From Lytechinus pictus (lineage: Eukaryota), in the NCBI RefSeq assembly GCF_037042905.1, contig NW_026974241.1, forward strand, positions 1 to 64,000: 64,000 nt of DNA, in the 5' to 3' direction. The position numbers and the translations under genes were made by a program. The notes beneath the pieces are model-generated. The model made no database searches. It was not told where the DNA came from and saw only the letters and a list, made by a program, of their open reading frames with translations. Positions 1 through 14,600 of this stretch are shown piece after piece (within the stretch, counting starts at the first letter, position 1; each line of letters opens with the position of its first letter).

Positions 1-1
1 T

Positions 2-256
2 GTTGCCGGGAATCAGCGGTCTGTGGAAGAACTAAGGGTCAAATTGTATAACCTTAAATCAACGGTTAAAAAAGCTTACAAGTAATAGAAGCAGCTAATG
101 GGAGGAACAAGATGTGGACCACCACAACCTGCTCTTCTCCTCCCATGGCAGGAGCTTCTGATAGACTTCATAGGTCAAGAAGCACTTGACGGTGTCCAAG
201 GCGGAATGGAGACACCAACAGGATTCTCAGCCGACACTTCAAAGGCATGCGAATAA
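2..256 (+). pseudogene. Degenerate Myb/SANT-like (MSANTD, Harbinger ORF1-type) coding fragment
   Basis: Frame from nt 2 reads VAGNQRSVEELRVKLYNLKSTVKKAYK**KQLMGGTRCGPPQPALLLPWQELLIDFIGQEALDGVQGGMET. This resembles the C-terminal helix and tail of Harbinger-associated Myb/SANT proteins, with two in-frame stops. Confidence 0.55.
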
Positions 257-1108
257 GATAACGCCCTAACTACTCTAGCCAGCTTAGCCACGGGCAGGAA
301 GAAGATGTCATATGGTACACAACTCAACTGTGTTAGGACATGCATATATTTTTATATCAATCATAATTATAGAATGGATGGGAAAATCCCTGCAATCTGA
401 TTGGTTGAGAGCAATGCAAGAATTTTTACTGGGCTGCATGAACGATATCCCGATAATCAAAACGATATCCACTGTAAACAAGCTATCGTCCGAAAAGGTC
501 ATTGTGATGTCATCGCGCATGTACTGTTACGCTTGTTTACGTCAAAATTTTGAATTTTCGATCAAGGCAGAATGAATCAAATAAAGGATGCAAAATGATC
601 TGTAAGTACAAATACGTTACCGTAATTCATAGGGATTAAAACTGCCTGCATACTCGTTAGTTGAGAAGTCCAGACATACGATCTAACGTTTATAGATCTA
701 CTGGCACTGCCCTGGGCTGGCTGTGCACAGCCAAATCTCCAGTGCGGGCCCAGGCAGCCGTAGGCACTGGCCACCGGAGCGGCCCGGGCATACACACACA
801 GCTATGGCTGCCTCATAGATCTTGTCAATGCAAAGCTGTATCTGGCATTTTGGGTATAATGATGCCTTTGTGCCAACATATTATCAAGTTAGGCATACAT
901 ATTTATGTTTTCCAGGGTTATCAAAGGGTCTGCATTACATTTTGGAATTTTCATGCATCCGGTAAAAAATCATGCGTCCAGTAAAAAAAATCAAAGTCCA
1001 GTAAATATTTTCATGCGTCCAGTAAATTGAATTTACTGGACGCATGAAATTATCATGCATCCGGTAAATCATTAATTTTGTGGTTTATTCAATAAAATTT
1101 TTCCATTC

Positions 1109-1284
1109 TATAAAACAGATGATGCATGGGTTTCTTTCGTGGGTCAGTGGAACTGTGTGCACGCGGTAACTTTGGCATTATGGGCTAAACCCACTCGGCT
1201 GCGCCTCGTGGGTTAAACCATGCCAAAGTTACCTTGTGCACACAGTTCCTACTGACCCACTCTAACCCATGCATCATTTGTATA
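1109..1284. mobile_element. Palindromic non-autonomous element (foldback MITE)
   Basis: Arms atgatgcatggg...gtgggtcagtggaactgtgtgcac...ggtaactttggca and tgccaaagttacc...gtgcacacagttcc.actgacccac...cccatgcatcat surround a central ctcggctgcgcctcgt. A similar centre occurs at 12742-12760. Confidence 0.7.
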
Positions 1285-1584
1285 TTGTTGCATGGGTATG
1301 AAAAATATGTACATTACAAAACTCATCATTCGCAATGGTGTCTAAAGTAGTTTCCCGATTATCAGTCTTTTTTTTTTAAAGAGCGATAGGGAAAATAATG
1401 AGAATGGAAGGATATACATGTAGACCTAAGTGAGTCCATGGCACCCGACCGGCCTAACGATCTTGACAAGACTGCTTATTCATCTGCATCTACATGTACA
1501 TTTACATCTACAACTCCAAAGAAATCATCAAAAAAGAAGACACCATGCAAGTAAAAGATAAAAGGAGAAGCAATCATAAACCCT

Positions 1585-1715
1585 CGAAGAGTTGTTGACA
1601 ATGCTTTTGGCATTTTAGCGAACAGGTTCAGAGTCCTTCTAACAACGTAGCACTTGAACCTAAGAAAGTTACTACAATAGTTCTGTGCACCTGTGCATTA
1701 CATAACTTCCTAAGC
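1585..1715 (+). pseudogene. PIF/Harbinger transposase fragment
   Basis: RRVVDNAFGILANRFRVLLTT, then after a stop/frameshift ALEPKKVTTIVLCTCALHNFL. Matches the HARBI1-like RxxVENAFGxLxxRFR and LHN motifs. Confidence 0.75.
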
Positions 1716-2601
1716 TTACACAAGACGGCAGCTGAGGTATATATAATTAAAAGTCATCTTGTTCTATTTGTTGTTCTTGTTTACGGAGGAAGGCGATTAA
1801 ACACAGAAGATTGAATAAGTACAGTACCCCCCCATGATTTTTCTTTTTTGCAACAACCCCACTTCAAGCATTAGGCTAAAAAAGTTTTTTTTTAATTTAA
1901 ATTTGACTAGGAAAAAGGTGATGACCGACTCTAATTTCATTGCTTTCCCTACATCTCTCTTCTTTTCTCATTTTTTTACTGGCACATTGTGCAATAGAAC
2001 ACCACTATCTGGAAAGAAACCTCGATCTCTATTTGACTATATTGTTCGATTGCGTATGTTTATGCGTCTGCGTAAATGTGAGGAGTCCCTGATGCATGCA
2101 AAAACTCTGTCCAAGTGGGAGAAGTCAGTGGGTTTCCCCCTATATTTAAAGGAATGCTTCAGAGGGTTGTGTCTAAGAAAAGGGAGTACATAGATTCTGA
2201 ATTTGACATCCTATCCATGGGACTTTTCAACATAACCTGTGTCTACGAAACAACTAATTAGTCAGTGGGTATCCCCTTAAATACAAATGAATATTAAAGA
2301 GAACTCTTATGGTATAAGGAAGTTACTTTCTCCTTCAAAGGATTTTCTTTTAACATCCTATCCGTGGGACAGAGTGCTGTCCATTGTAACCTACCCTGAA
2401 ACAATGCAAAGACATGTTAACAAATGTTCGCCTAAGTCATCCACCTGGATCGGATTCGAACCACTTATCTTTTAGTTCTTCTTCACATCTTAAGGCAGAC
2501 ATTTATAAAATGAGCTAACTGAACTTATCTGCTAACTCTTAGGGTTAACATGTATCTGTCGTTTTGTCCTCCGTCCTAGTCCTAGCTAGAAATCAGTTGT
2601 G

Positions 2602-5600
2602 TCATTTCTTGGAAGCGGAGTCCAGTTTTGCCTTCTTGGACCAGCTGGGTCCCCCCTCCTCCTCCTCTTCTTCTTCATCTGATTCATGGAAGATGGGGTT
2701 GGGCTGAGTACTGTAAAAAAAAAAAAGATAAAAAAATCGAAGTGTGATAAAGCAGTACAGTGTATTTGTGTATTTATGTCAAATTTCAAACTAAGAAAGA
2801 ATTTTCCCTTTCCATCTCCTAGAGACTCAGACTATTGCATTATAACTTGAATCCTGGACTAGACTCAAGCCCTAGACTACTGAGTATGCGTACAAGTCCT
2901 GCATCCAAGTCTCAAGTCCTGGACTTGAATTTATGGGTCTGATTGCATGACCGAGCCCAGACTCAAGCCCAACTCTTACTGAATGGACTCCCATCTCCTT
3001 CACGCACTCATGCTGAGTGTCACATGACATCTACGAACCAATAGAAACCTATATTGAATATCACTCACTGTTTATAGGCTGGTGCAATCCACAACGGATT
3101 CTCCTCCGCATCCTTGGCATGTCTCAAGATGGCGTCCCGAGCACTGATGTTAGGATCGACCTTCTTCGTGAGGGCGATATTGATGGCAACGTAGCGTGAA
3201 AGGGTGCTACCTCCAGCCGCGATACGACCTCCTTGACCTGACGAGGGTTGAGAATAAGAGAAACATTGTAGACAGTTCAACGAACCTGGCTTAATCTATA
3301 GAGCTCTCCAAAAGTTACCCACAACTTTACGACTGGAACATGTTCTTATGTATAATTCGGCTACATATGGATATATAATTTAGCCAAGAACAGATCACCA
3401 GTCGTGCATGAAGTCATTTGTAATTATGAACACCTTCATGAAATACCACCCATCATTTGTGGCACTTCTGTGAGATTTTCCCCTTGCATTTCGTTTGACT
3501 ACAATTCCTGAAGTTTTATGTCCTAACATGAGTGTGATACACGTATATCAATGACATATTCATGTAGACAGCACCTAAAATGACCTGACATGTCTTAATC
3601 ATCACTTCCCTATGCACATGCTAATATGCTACAGTCAGGGGTGTGAGTGGTCACAAATAAAAAGATGAAGAGTGTTGAAAAAGTCTGAAATAGAAAGAGC
3701 TCCCATACTTTTTGAACAGAGGAAGGCCAAAAATAAGCTGAAATTAAGCTGAAAATCAAAACAAAAAAAATCTGAAATCAGATAAAAATCTGAACTCTCA
3801 CACCCCTGTACAGTGTACACACAAACCTGAGTTTAGATTTGTTTATGTGCTTTTATTTCTGTATTCAAAGTAATTCAATTTATAATATAAAATGTGTTTA
3901 CATACACAATATACAGAAAAATGCACAATATAATTTATGAGCTGCAAAAGGGAATTCATATTTATGGTGCCAGCTCCCTTCCAACAAACCACCAACTAGA
4001 TTGACTCATGGTAATTTAAACAACGGCTTCATCAAATACATGGAGCTTGCAGAAAGGCGTTAGATGTGCATATGCTGTAATTTTCAATACATGTGTAGCT
4101 GGTATAAGGGTACTGGCTGAAGCATGTGCTAGGTCATATGTACAGTGCTGGCAACAGTTAAAGGTCAAGTCCACCCTACAAATATTCTTATTTGAATCAA
4201 TATAAGAAAATCAATCAAGCAAAATGGTGAAAATTTAATCAATAAGAAAGTTGTGACATTTTACAATTTCGCTTATTTTTCACAAAATAGTTACATGCAC
4301 AACTCAGTGATATGCAAATGAGAGTTGATAGTATCCCTCAATCAGTATTTCTTTTGTTTTTTATTGTTCAAATTATACAACTTTTACAGATTTTACAATA
4401 AGGACCAACTTGACTGAACCATAAAATGTTGAAATAAATGGTAAATTCCATATTTTGGGAGGAATTAAACTCTTCTTCACAAGACAATAAGAATTTTTTT
4501 CTTTTCATATTTCATATAATAAGATACAAAAGATATAGTGAGTGTGTAACATCATCAATCCCCTTATTTGCAAACTGACCAGGATGTGCAAATAACTGCT
4601 TTGTGAAATTAACAAAAACTTCTAAATGTCACAACTTTTTTACTTTACATCCGATTATTATAAGTGTTATGCTTGTTAGATTTTTAAAATCATTTAATCA
4701 AAATCAAAGTTTTATTCGGGTGAACTTGTACTTTAATGACCTCTTCCCTGACCTACAGGAATGGAAATTGATATAAGCATAAATACTATAGCCCTTCTGC
4801 CAACCAGGCAGAGACATCTCCTATGACTTTCCAGGACATACCTTGTTTGATGGGTAGATCAGGCTTCCTTGACTTCACAGGATCTTGTCTGTCTTTCATC
4901 TGCTTCTTATAAGCCATAATCTCCTGAGGCTCCTCCCTGTTACGATGTCTCCCTCTTCTTGACATGACAGCTGAAGGGAGATATAAGAATAATATCATTA
5001 ATTAGAACATCTGTTTCTTATAAGCCATAATCTCCTGAGGTTCCTCCGTCACAATGTCTCCCTCTCCTCGACATGACAGCTACAGGGAGATACAAAGAAT
5101 AATTGTTTAAATCAGAACATCTGTTTCTTATAAGCCATAATCTCCTGAGGCTCCTCCCTGTTACGATGTCTCCCTCTCCTCGACATGACAACTACAGAGA
5201 GATACAAAGAATAATATTATTCATTAGAACATCTGTTTCTTATAAGCCATAATCTCCTGAGGCTCCTCCCTATTACAATGTCTCCCTCCTCGACGTGACA
5301 GCTACAGGGAGATACATAGAATAATAGTTTAAATCAGAACAGAACCCTGAGGTAAAAAAAATAAATTTCCTATTGGGTTTGTGTTCATGGTACGGTAAGA
5401 TCCAAGCCTGAGCTGCCTTGAGTTCTGTGCGATTGAACCGTCGATATCCTTACGCTGGATGGAGCTCATTGTGCGCTGCTGCATGCATGACCTTGAGGCA
5501 AAGGAAAAGTACTCCAAGTACACAATTAACAGTATATACAGGGCCATACCAAAGCGTAAAGTACTCTATGCGCAATGCACAGAAACGCACACATAATTTT

Positions 5601-8600
5601 AAAAAGTGTGCAACTCCGTGCATCTTTTGACCTTTTGGACTACTTTTTTTTTTACTAAAATGAGCACGTTGTGGCTCTATTCACCTACTGATATCGATGG
5701 ATTGAACAGACTGGGATCTGACAAACATATTTCTTATGTAAATTGGACTCGAACAGTGGAACACCGTCTTAGATTTGTGGTACATTCGTTTTATCTAGCG
5801 ATACTCAACGAAGACGATTAGAAAACCTGTAAAGCAATGATTATAAAATCGTAAATCTTGATTCCAATCAAATTCCGAACAAAAAGTGATGCAAAATCAC
5901 CTCAAATGAATGAAATAATATTGATCAACAAGACCATCAACAGCAATGTTAGTCTGGATCATTTCACAACAAAGAGTGCTTAGAGACCTGTGATATGATT
6001 GTCGATTAAGATGTCAATATGCAGGACTTTCCTCAAATGTAATGATCATCTCTAATTCGTGCTTCATGACAAGGTGGAATGCCTATCATGGCTTGAGTAG
6101 TGCATGAAGTGAATTAAGAATACAGAAAACTTGGGCGCGGACATACAGAAAGGTTGGTTATATTATTAAATTGCATATGTCATTACAATTTTTTTTTTCT
6201 GACTTATGATTTTTCATTAAAGATCGAGCGTGCAATCTTAAACACATAGGAGTAATGCCGAAACTTTGTTTTCAAATCTTTTTCCTGTTTCATTTTAACT
6301 TACGAGCAACGATGTGTTCGCTCTTGACAATGTCAGGCTCCACCCTCTTTCTCCTCTTCTTGACCATACATAGTTTGGCTCCTCTGCAAAAAGCAGTAAT
6401 AATAGTAAAGACAGTGAGATATTCAAATATATCAATCAGTTTACACATGTTTTAACATTATTTTCATATCAAATAACTACCATAAGCATTAATTCTAAAG
6501 ATAACTACCAAAATTAAAACTATGTGGTGTATTAAGCAACACAGTATATTCCCTACCTCTAACTTAAAGCAAAGGCTAACATTACAATGGTCTTATTTTT
6601 CAAAAAAATCCTGAACTTTTATTCATGTTGTATTTAATATTGTTCATATGGATGAAAACACAGCCAGGAAAAAAAATTATGAAATCACAGCAGGTTTCAA
6701 GATGTCTGTGACTGAAATATCATTATTCAATAAATCTCTGCATCAGATGATATTAAGATGGTGTTTCCGATCACTTTATATAATTCACCTTTTTTAAAGC
6801 ACTAAATAAGGATCTTGGGGTGCCATTTTTTTTATGTGCTTCGTTTTTATAACATATCACATACACAGGTGACAAGTGGGACCTTACAGCTCAGATTTTA
6901 AAAAGTAACATCAATATCAAGCTTTGCCTTTAACTCACTGACTACTACTTTGTGTAATTCCTATATGGTAATTCCACAAAATAATCAACCTTTTTGTACG
7001 TCAGACCCCCATTTTTCTTGAGTTTTACCTCACTTCATAAACTGACCAAGGCATGGTCATTTGAGAGCATTAGAGACTGTCAAAAGAACAAGAAATCAGA
7101 GACCGAGAATTTAATAAAAGTCCCACAAATAGGGGGTCGGACGTACATATTTTATGGAATTCGCCTATAGGATTTTAACAGGAACCAGTTTGTTACATTA
7201 TAAGTACAATGGTGCATTAATTTCATGCCAACCGACTGAAATGAGAAACTGATCAGAATTGTACTATTGAAAGAGAGCACCTTGGTATTATATAAGAAGA
7301 GAAAACAAAACCAATACTGCTTGTTTTGAGGATAATACATTTTTCCCTGTAACATTATCAGAACAAATCAATCTTAAAAGGTTTCATAAGATAATAACAA
7401 TGTAAAGGTATTCACATACCTGTGACTTCTGTTGGGATCATAGAAGACCTTTGCGAGTCCACTGCCAGAGCCAATGATGATCTGATTTAACTTTGGATGC
7501 CACATACATCGCACTACACTCTGTAATCATAGACAATGTTTGTTAATTTATCAACAAAGATCATGTGCTGTGATTACAAGATAGTGGTGCTGTTTGAATG
7601 TACTGAATCATGTTGTCCCAATGTACATAATTGATTTCATTAAGTAAAGTAGACTAATATTCAATATTATACTGCATACGATATCTAATCATCAATCACA
7701 TAATGATTCTGCAGAATCTTTCAGATCATTTTTGCCAATTCTGAGAGAAAAGTGAAGGAATATTCTTTAAAATATGGAGAACGGACAAATATGAATTAAA
7801 TGTTGAATGCAAAAATACACTACACTAGAAATATGAAACCACACTTTCATGATATTCTCTTTGAACATGCACCCGATGGATGGCCAGTTCGACATGAATA
7901 TGCATATCACTACACAATAAAAATTTTCCTTTTCACTTTTTTTTTATTTCGACTTTCACATCCTCAAACCTATCCCTAACATCACAACATGACTGATCAA
8001 TATATTAACCAAGACTTCAACCATATTTCATAAAGCTTTATTTAATAACAGATTATTAACAAATCATTGCCACAATTTAAATATATCTTAAAAGTAGCTT
8101 ATAACTTATTTATTTAAAAAAAATTCATTACTAATGGCCTTGGAACTGAGATAGCAAAGTAATGTAATTCTTACTCCTTGTCCACATTCTAATTCTGTGA
8201 TTTTCTTGAAGGTGTGTCTGTCATAGAACATTAGTTTTCCTTCTTGCTCTCTCCTCACCGACTGACCAGCTAAAATCATCTGATCATCTGGACTAAAGCA
8301 ACATTCAGCTCTGTGAACAAAAAGAAGTACATTTTATAATAGAACATATGCATAATAATACAATACATTGCTGGGGAAATTTAGCATGTGGAAATTGACA
8401 GTTTCAAAACACCACACTTTAACCCTATCTTAACTGGGCTATTTCAGACCAGTATATACGGGGGGGGGGGGGGGGGGGGTAAATTTGACCCCCCCCTCAG
8501 ATCTCGGCCGCTGATCACGCGGTTGCCGCGAAAATTTGCATGCGTGTAGAGCCTGATGTAAACTACAAGACTGTATGGTAAAATTTAAACAAAATTAATT

Positions 8601-11600
8601 CTTTATATTTTTAATTAATTAATTATGCAAATAAGCGTATGAAATTTGCCCCCAATTTTTTTTTTGTATGTTTTTGCCTTTAACTCAATTTATATAGCTA
8701 GTAGAATGCTAATTTTTGGTTGGAGTATCAATTATTACATTTCTAACAAATATCTACAAAAAAATTGCAAAAATATAATTCATTTCTTATGTATTTTATT
8801 GTCTTTTTAATTCTTATGTATTTCTTTGTTTGTTCAAACCTTTGTTTTTTATTGTTTTTTCCAATGAACTTTGTCAGGGACCCTTCTGCGATCATAAATA
8901 GCATAAAATATATCCATTCAAACCAACAAAAGTAAAAATAATCATACATCTATGATTTTTGGTTCAAAAACACAATATGCATTGACTTTGTACACGGAAT
9001 CACGTTTTTGAGCAATTTCGGGTCTGACATGCACTTACAAAATGTTGCGTAATTTCAGAACCGCGTCCCCGGGAGTCGCAATTTTGGTCTCAAAAGATGC
9101 GCAAGACTTGAAAGTAAAAAGTCAGTGAGCGCCGCGATAAAAAAATCTTTGCGCGACGGCGTAGTGATGAAATTTGTCGAGGGGGGGGTCAATTTGACCC
9201 CCCAGTTTAATAAGGGTTAAAATTTATATCATTCAAACAGTTCTTGATGAATTTATCACACACATATAACACTCATTGTCTGTGATCGTAAATCATATAA
9301 TAACAAAAGTAAAACAAAAACATGCATTTATAGATTCCATTATAAAAAAACATACTTGTGTTAGATTGGTAAAAATATTATTATTTTGAGCAATGATGGG
9401 TTATCACAAGTTTGAGCAAGTGACTCAAAACAATAACATTATTTAACGTTGCAGTAATATCTTTTCACAATAAAGATTTCTGATAAAATTATTGAAGGTT
9501 TTTTTTTTTAGACCCCAGTCCAAAGTATTTGTTAGGATTATGCATTTTGCAGAGTGAACAGAACAAATTTAATTATCATAAAATGTGTTAAGAATTGATT
9601 TAAAACTCACACTGGATAGAAGCTTTCAAGGCCAGTCACAACATTAACCGGTCTCTTGAAGTTTCTAAGATCCCAGGATTTCATTGTGTCATCACCTGTA
9701 GAGAATTTGATAAAAAGACAAGAATATATGTAACTTGTGAAGGTTTCCATGGCGAAGAAGAAGAGTGTAGTGGTTTCATGGTACACATTGTATTCTTTTG
9801 TGGGCAATTGGTGGTCCTGGGGTCCTGAAAAGGACCAGCCAAACTCGACGTTTCAACAAGCGTGTTCTTGTCGTCTTCAGGAGAATGGGGCGAGTTTGGG
9901 TGGTCCTTTTCACAACAAACAGTTGCCCAAGGAAGAATACATGGTGTACCGATAGACAAGAACATACTTTTCCAGGGTACAATATATGATTTGTATAAGG
10001 CATCATTTACTTAAATTATTAATAATTGAAGTTAAAGCAAAATGTTAAAGCAAAATGTTGATTTGAATTGATAGAGAAATATCAAACAAGCTTAATGCTG
10101 GAAATTTCATCAATATCAGAAAAAAATACTTTCAAATCCTGAATGAATTTAACAACCCTTTAATCGGTTGTCTATACTACTTACCACCTCTTGTAACAAA
10201 GATCAGATTATCATATGAGAATGTGATGCAGGATGTATCCGTACCCATGCCATGAGCGTTCTTTTGTTGATAGGTCGGTCTTACCTGTCACAAAAAAAAA
10301 TGATTAGACATGAAGCCAGGTTTAACACTATCTAGGGTTCATGAACTTGTATAGATCATGAAAGTCATAGTAACTGATCAAACAATCTGAAATATTTTAG
10401 CATGACCACATCAATTAAATATCAGAAAGACTAATATTCATGATTCATTTCTGTTAATTTAAAAAAAAAAAAATTTTTGTCTATGTCCAGTGAGGATTTT
10501 TGATCAGTTTTCATTCATTTTGGGCACTTACGGGTGGAATTCTAGGATACAATTACACGCAAGATACAGTAGGCTCATAGCAACAATTTCCAATCATTCT
10601 TATATTTACATATTCATTGGTCATTATTGTCCCCTCAAACATAAAATCAGCAAGCATAAAGTGCCTCACCAATGAGTACTTCATATCCCAGAGTTGTACA
10701 CTTGTAAACTTAGCATCTCTGCTGTATAGGCAGCATGTCGGATTGATCTTCTATTTATCATTACCCCTTCAAACAAGAATTTAACAAATGTCTTACCAAA
10801 GGTCTCTTCATATCCCAGAGTTGTATACTGCCATCCTGACACCCTGCTCCGATAAGCTTAGCATCTCTGCTGTATACGCAGCAGGTCGGATTGGTCTTCT
10901 GACCCCCTTGACCTCTGAACTTGATGACCTGCTGCTGCTTCCACGCCTGATTTACATCCCATAACCTCACCGTGCTGGAAGGTTGAATTGATAGAGTAAA
11001 TACAATGATGATTAAAAGTACCAATAAGAAACAGGATACTTCTTTCATCACATTCTGCTTTGTAAACAGAAAAGACTTTGTCCCTTACCCGACTCTCTGT
11101 CTAAGCAGAACGTTATGGCACCATTCCCCCAGGCGACATACTACACAGGAGTGAAAAAGATTCCATGACATTTGCTCTGGCGATGATTACTCCGATGGAA
11201 AATATGCATGTAAAGTCAGGCATACAACCTAACCTCCAAAAGTAAATAAACCCTTATCATAATCTCTACTTTACTCTGAACCAAAAACTCTATTAAAATC
11301 CTATGCCCTCTGAGATATTAAGACCAGGGCAAATGTCGCAGGAGCATATGTTGTGTCACAGTGAAAACATGGTAGCCTACATGCATTGTATGAAATCAAT
11401 GTAAAAGAAAATCAAACAAAACATAGGCACGTTTGTCTTACCCATCATTTGCACAAGTGATGAATTCTTCTTTTACTTTCGGATTCCAGCAGCCTCCGTT
11501 TAACATTGCAGTATGTCCCTGAAAAGAAAAACAAAAAATACTCTTACATCAATAAATAATAATACACAATAGTATAGTATTAGTAAAGACATTAGGTTTT

Positions 11601-14600
11601 AATGGGTTTCCAATGAAACTTTGATGCTCACTGGGTGATAATTTAATAAGAGGAAGGAAAAATAATTTACAACATTAGTAACCTTGTTTCAAGTGCTTGA
11701 CACAAGATTAATTGTTCATAATTTAGCTGTCATATCATTATTTTTTTACATCTTTAACAAACAAATAATCAATACATTACTTGGATATTTGGTACACAAG
11801 AAACTTGTTATAATTTGCAACACTTCATTTTCCCGCAACTGTAAGTCATCCTAAAAGCTGGCCAAAAGAAATTGGTTGTATTCAAAACCTACATAGCCCG
11901 GGCTGTTTTAAAATTGCAATGGGGGGGGGGGGCCTTTGTTGCCCCCCTCTTATCTCAGTCGTTGATAATGCATTTGCAATGAAGACTGGCACGCACGTCA
12001 CTCATGACATAATCCCCACACTGGATAATTAATAGTACCAAACTTAATCAAATTAATTTCTAATTAATTAATTATGCTAATTTAAACATAAAATCATAAT
12101 ATGGCTGTAATTCTTTAAAGGTAGCATACCTTAGTCTTGGCCATGTCAACGATGTACTGGTCACCTTTGACACACTCCATGACCTCAAAGCCATCCCGGT
12201 CAACGACCTTTGCCTGAGGTTTTGCTGCCACCATGAGTATCCTGTCTCCCGTGATGCTGTACTGTAAGGTTCGAATCTGATGGCTAAGGTGGATAAAAAA
12301 TGATAATTATAGTTACAGTTATATAGCGCTTATTGTACAACGCCTACTTAGCTTGTTGTACGCGAGCAAATGGGAGGCTGAATGTCAAACATTCGTACCG
12401 TTGCACAAAAGACGTACCATCCAAAATGTACCGTTGCACGGCTTTAGGAGGTGACGTCACAATACGATTTAATTCATTGCGCTCGGTAAAAATGAACAAT
12501 ACGCGTATAAGCCAGCTGGCTAAATGCGCAAGGCTGCCCAAGGTCTTGTGCGCTTGTGGGATTTTGCTTTCTGCTTTCGGTATTTTTGCTCCCTTTTCAT
12601 AGATTACTATAGGGATAAACTCTTTGTTTTTTCATATTTTCGCTAAATTCCGAGGCGTTGTACAACACAAATAGCGAATATTCTTATTCGTGCAATGGTG
12701 CGAGATTTTGCATTCGGTGAAAGAAAGAAACGCTCTATTCAACTCGGCTCACGCCTCGTTGAATAGAGCATCTTTCTTTCACCTCATGCGAAATCTCGCA
12801 CTCATGCCTATTCGCTATTTGTATATTACATTCTGTTACCAACTGTTTTACATTGCAATTATTATTATCTTGGTCATCAGACCCTGGCATGCCCGCAAAG
12901 ACAATGTATGCAGTTCCATGAATTTTCTCCAGTTTCTCCAGTGGAAAGTCTGCATGTTCCGCCAAACCTAAAACTTAACCTCCCGAGTCTAAATAAACCC
13001 TAATCCTTATCTTTATTATTATGAATCAACAACTCTATTGCAATGCTAACTCTCACCCTATGCCCTCTGAGATAATAAGACCAGAGCAAAGGTCGTGTCA
13101 CCATGTATGCACCCTCTCCACTCCCTGGGGAGCATTCCAACAAGATTCAATTACTAGGCATACTACATAGGCTTTCACATCCTACCGGGTACCCATTTAA
13201 CACCTGGGTGGAGAGTGACAAAGTGTTGACTGATGCCTTGCCAAAGGACGCTAGGTACAGGGATTTGAACAAACGACCCTCTTACTACGAGGTGAGAATC
13301 TGAACTGGTACACAACGCTTCCAAATAAGGCTTGTCTATAGACATTGATACATGTAACTAAGTGTTTGGTGTTAGACAAACTACCCCACTATGGCTAGTA
13401 TTCTGAACTCCAGTTTAACTTAATCCACGGTCTAAGTTAGTCTGCATGCGCAGACTGAAATTTGACACTTTAACCAGTTATACCATGTCAAGCGTGAACT
13501 TAGGCTCGACTCCAAACTCTGTCTGTGTCATTCATAGTACATACATGTAGCACACCTATTCTCATTACCCCAGACTATGCAAATTGTCAAAACCAAAATT
13601 CTGTGCCTGCAGACTAGGTCAAGTCTAGACTAAAACTATGGTAAGCTGTGAGTGTCAAGTATGTGTTTGCTTCTTGTAACTCTTTTTTTTACTGAGATGT
13701 TTCCTATGATTTTATTATTAAGAAAACTAGTTAGAGAGATCTGCATCCCATATGGCTCCCCATAGATAAACCAAAATTTTAGACAACAGCAAAAACCAAC
13801 AATAAAACCATAGTTCAGAATATGGGTCATTCTCAATAAACACACAATTCGAGGTTTCTAAAATCTTACCACAGACACCTACGTATGTTTTACTTACAAC
13901 TTAATCAGACTCTACCAATTACTGGAGAACTGCTAACATGTTCACATTAATTTAGATTACAAAACATAAACGCCTTCAACTCCCTTAAAATAATTCCAGG
14001 TTTACATCAACTTTCATCAGCCCTGACCAGCCCTGTGTATCAATGTGTAATCATGAAATCCTTCCAATTACTGCAGAAAAAAGCTTTATTTACATTTATT
14101 GTAACCACAAGATCTGGGGACTGTTTCATGAAAGTTGCCAGCACTGACAAGTTATCATCTGACAGTTACCATAGTAACAGTCAGGCAACTGTAATTCATA
14201 AGCAAATTAAGACCATAGATAGCTATCAGATCTGACATCTTGGTCCTGTTGCAGAAAGAATTCAGTTTAAGGACGTTCCACAGTTAAAGTGAAATCCATG
14301 TCATTTTCACCAAACTTTGCACATAGATACTTTAGAACCTTAATATTTGAAATATGCAAAAGTTAATATAGGTCCATGTGCTTGATTTTTTGCTATAGAG
14401 CTTCAAAGTTCACCTAAATTGATGTTCTTAAAAATTGCGCATTCAAAAGAATTTGGCATTTTTAGACCGCCCAAGATTACTACAATGAGTTTAAACCTTT
14501 ATTACTCAGTCAAAATACATGAAAAAGTCATCAAATTTCGCAAGAGAGTTAATAATTGTATCGTTAGAATGGAGAATCTATTTATAGTGCTATTTGTTTG

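Noticed and set aside
5700-5826. Extra WDR70 exon after an acceptor-like AG at 5828
   Set aside because: All frames stop quickly, and 6304 joins 4970 in frame without it.
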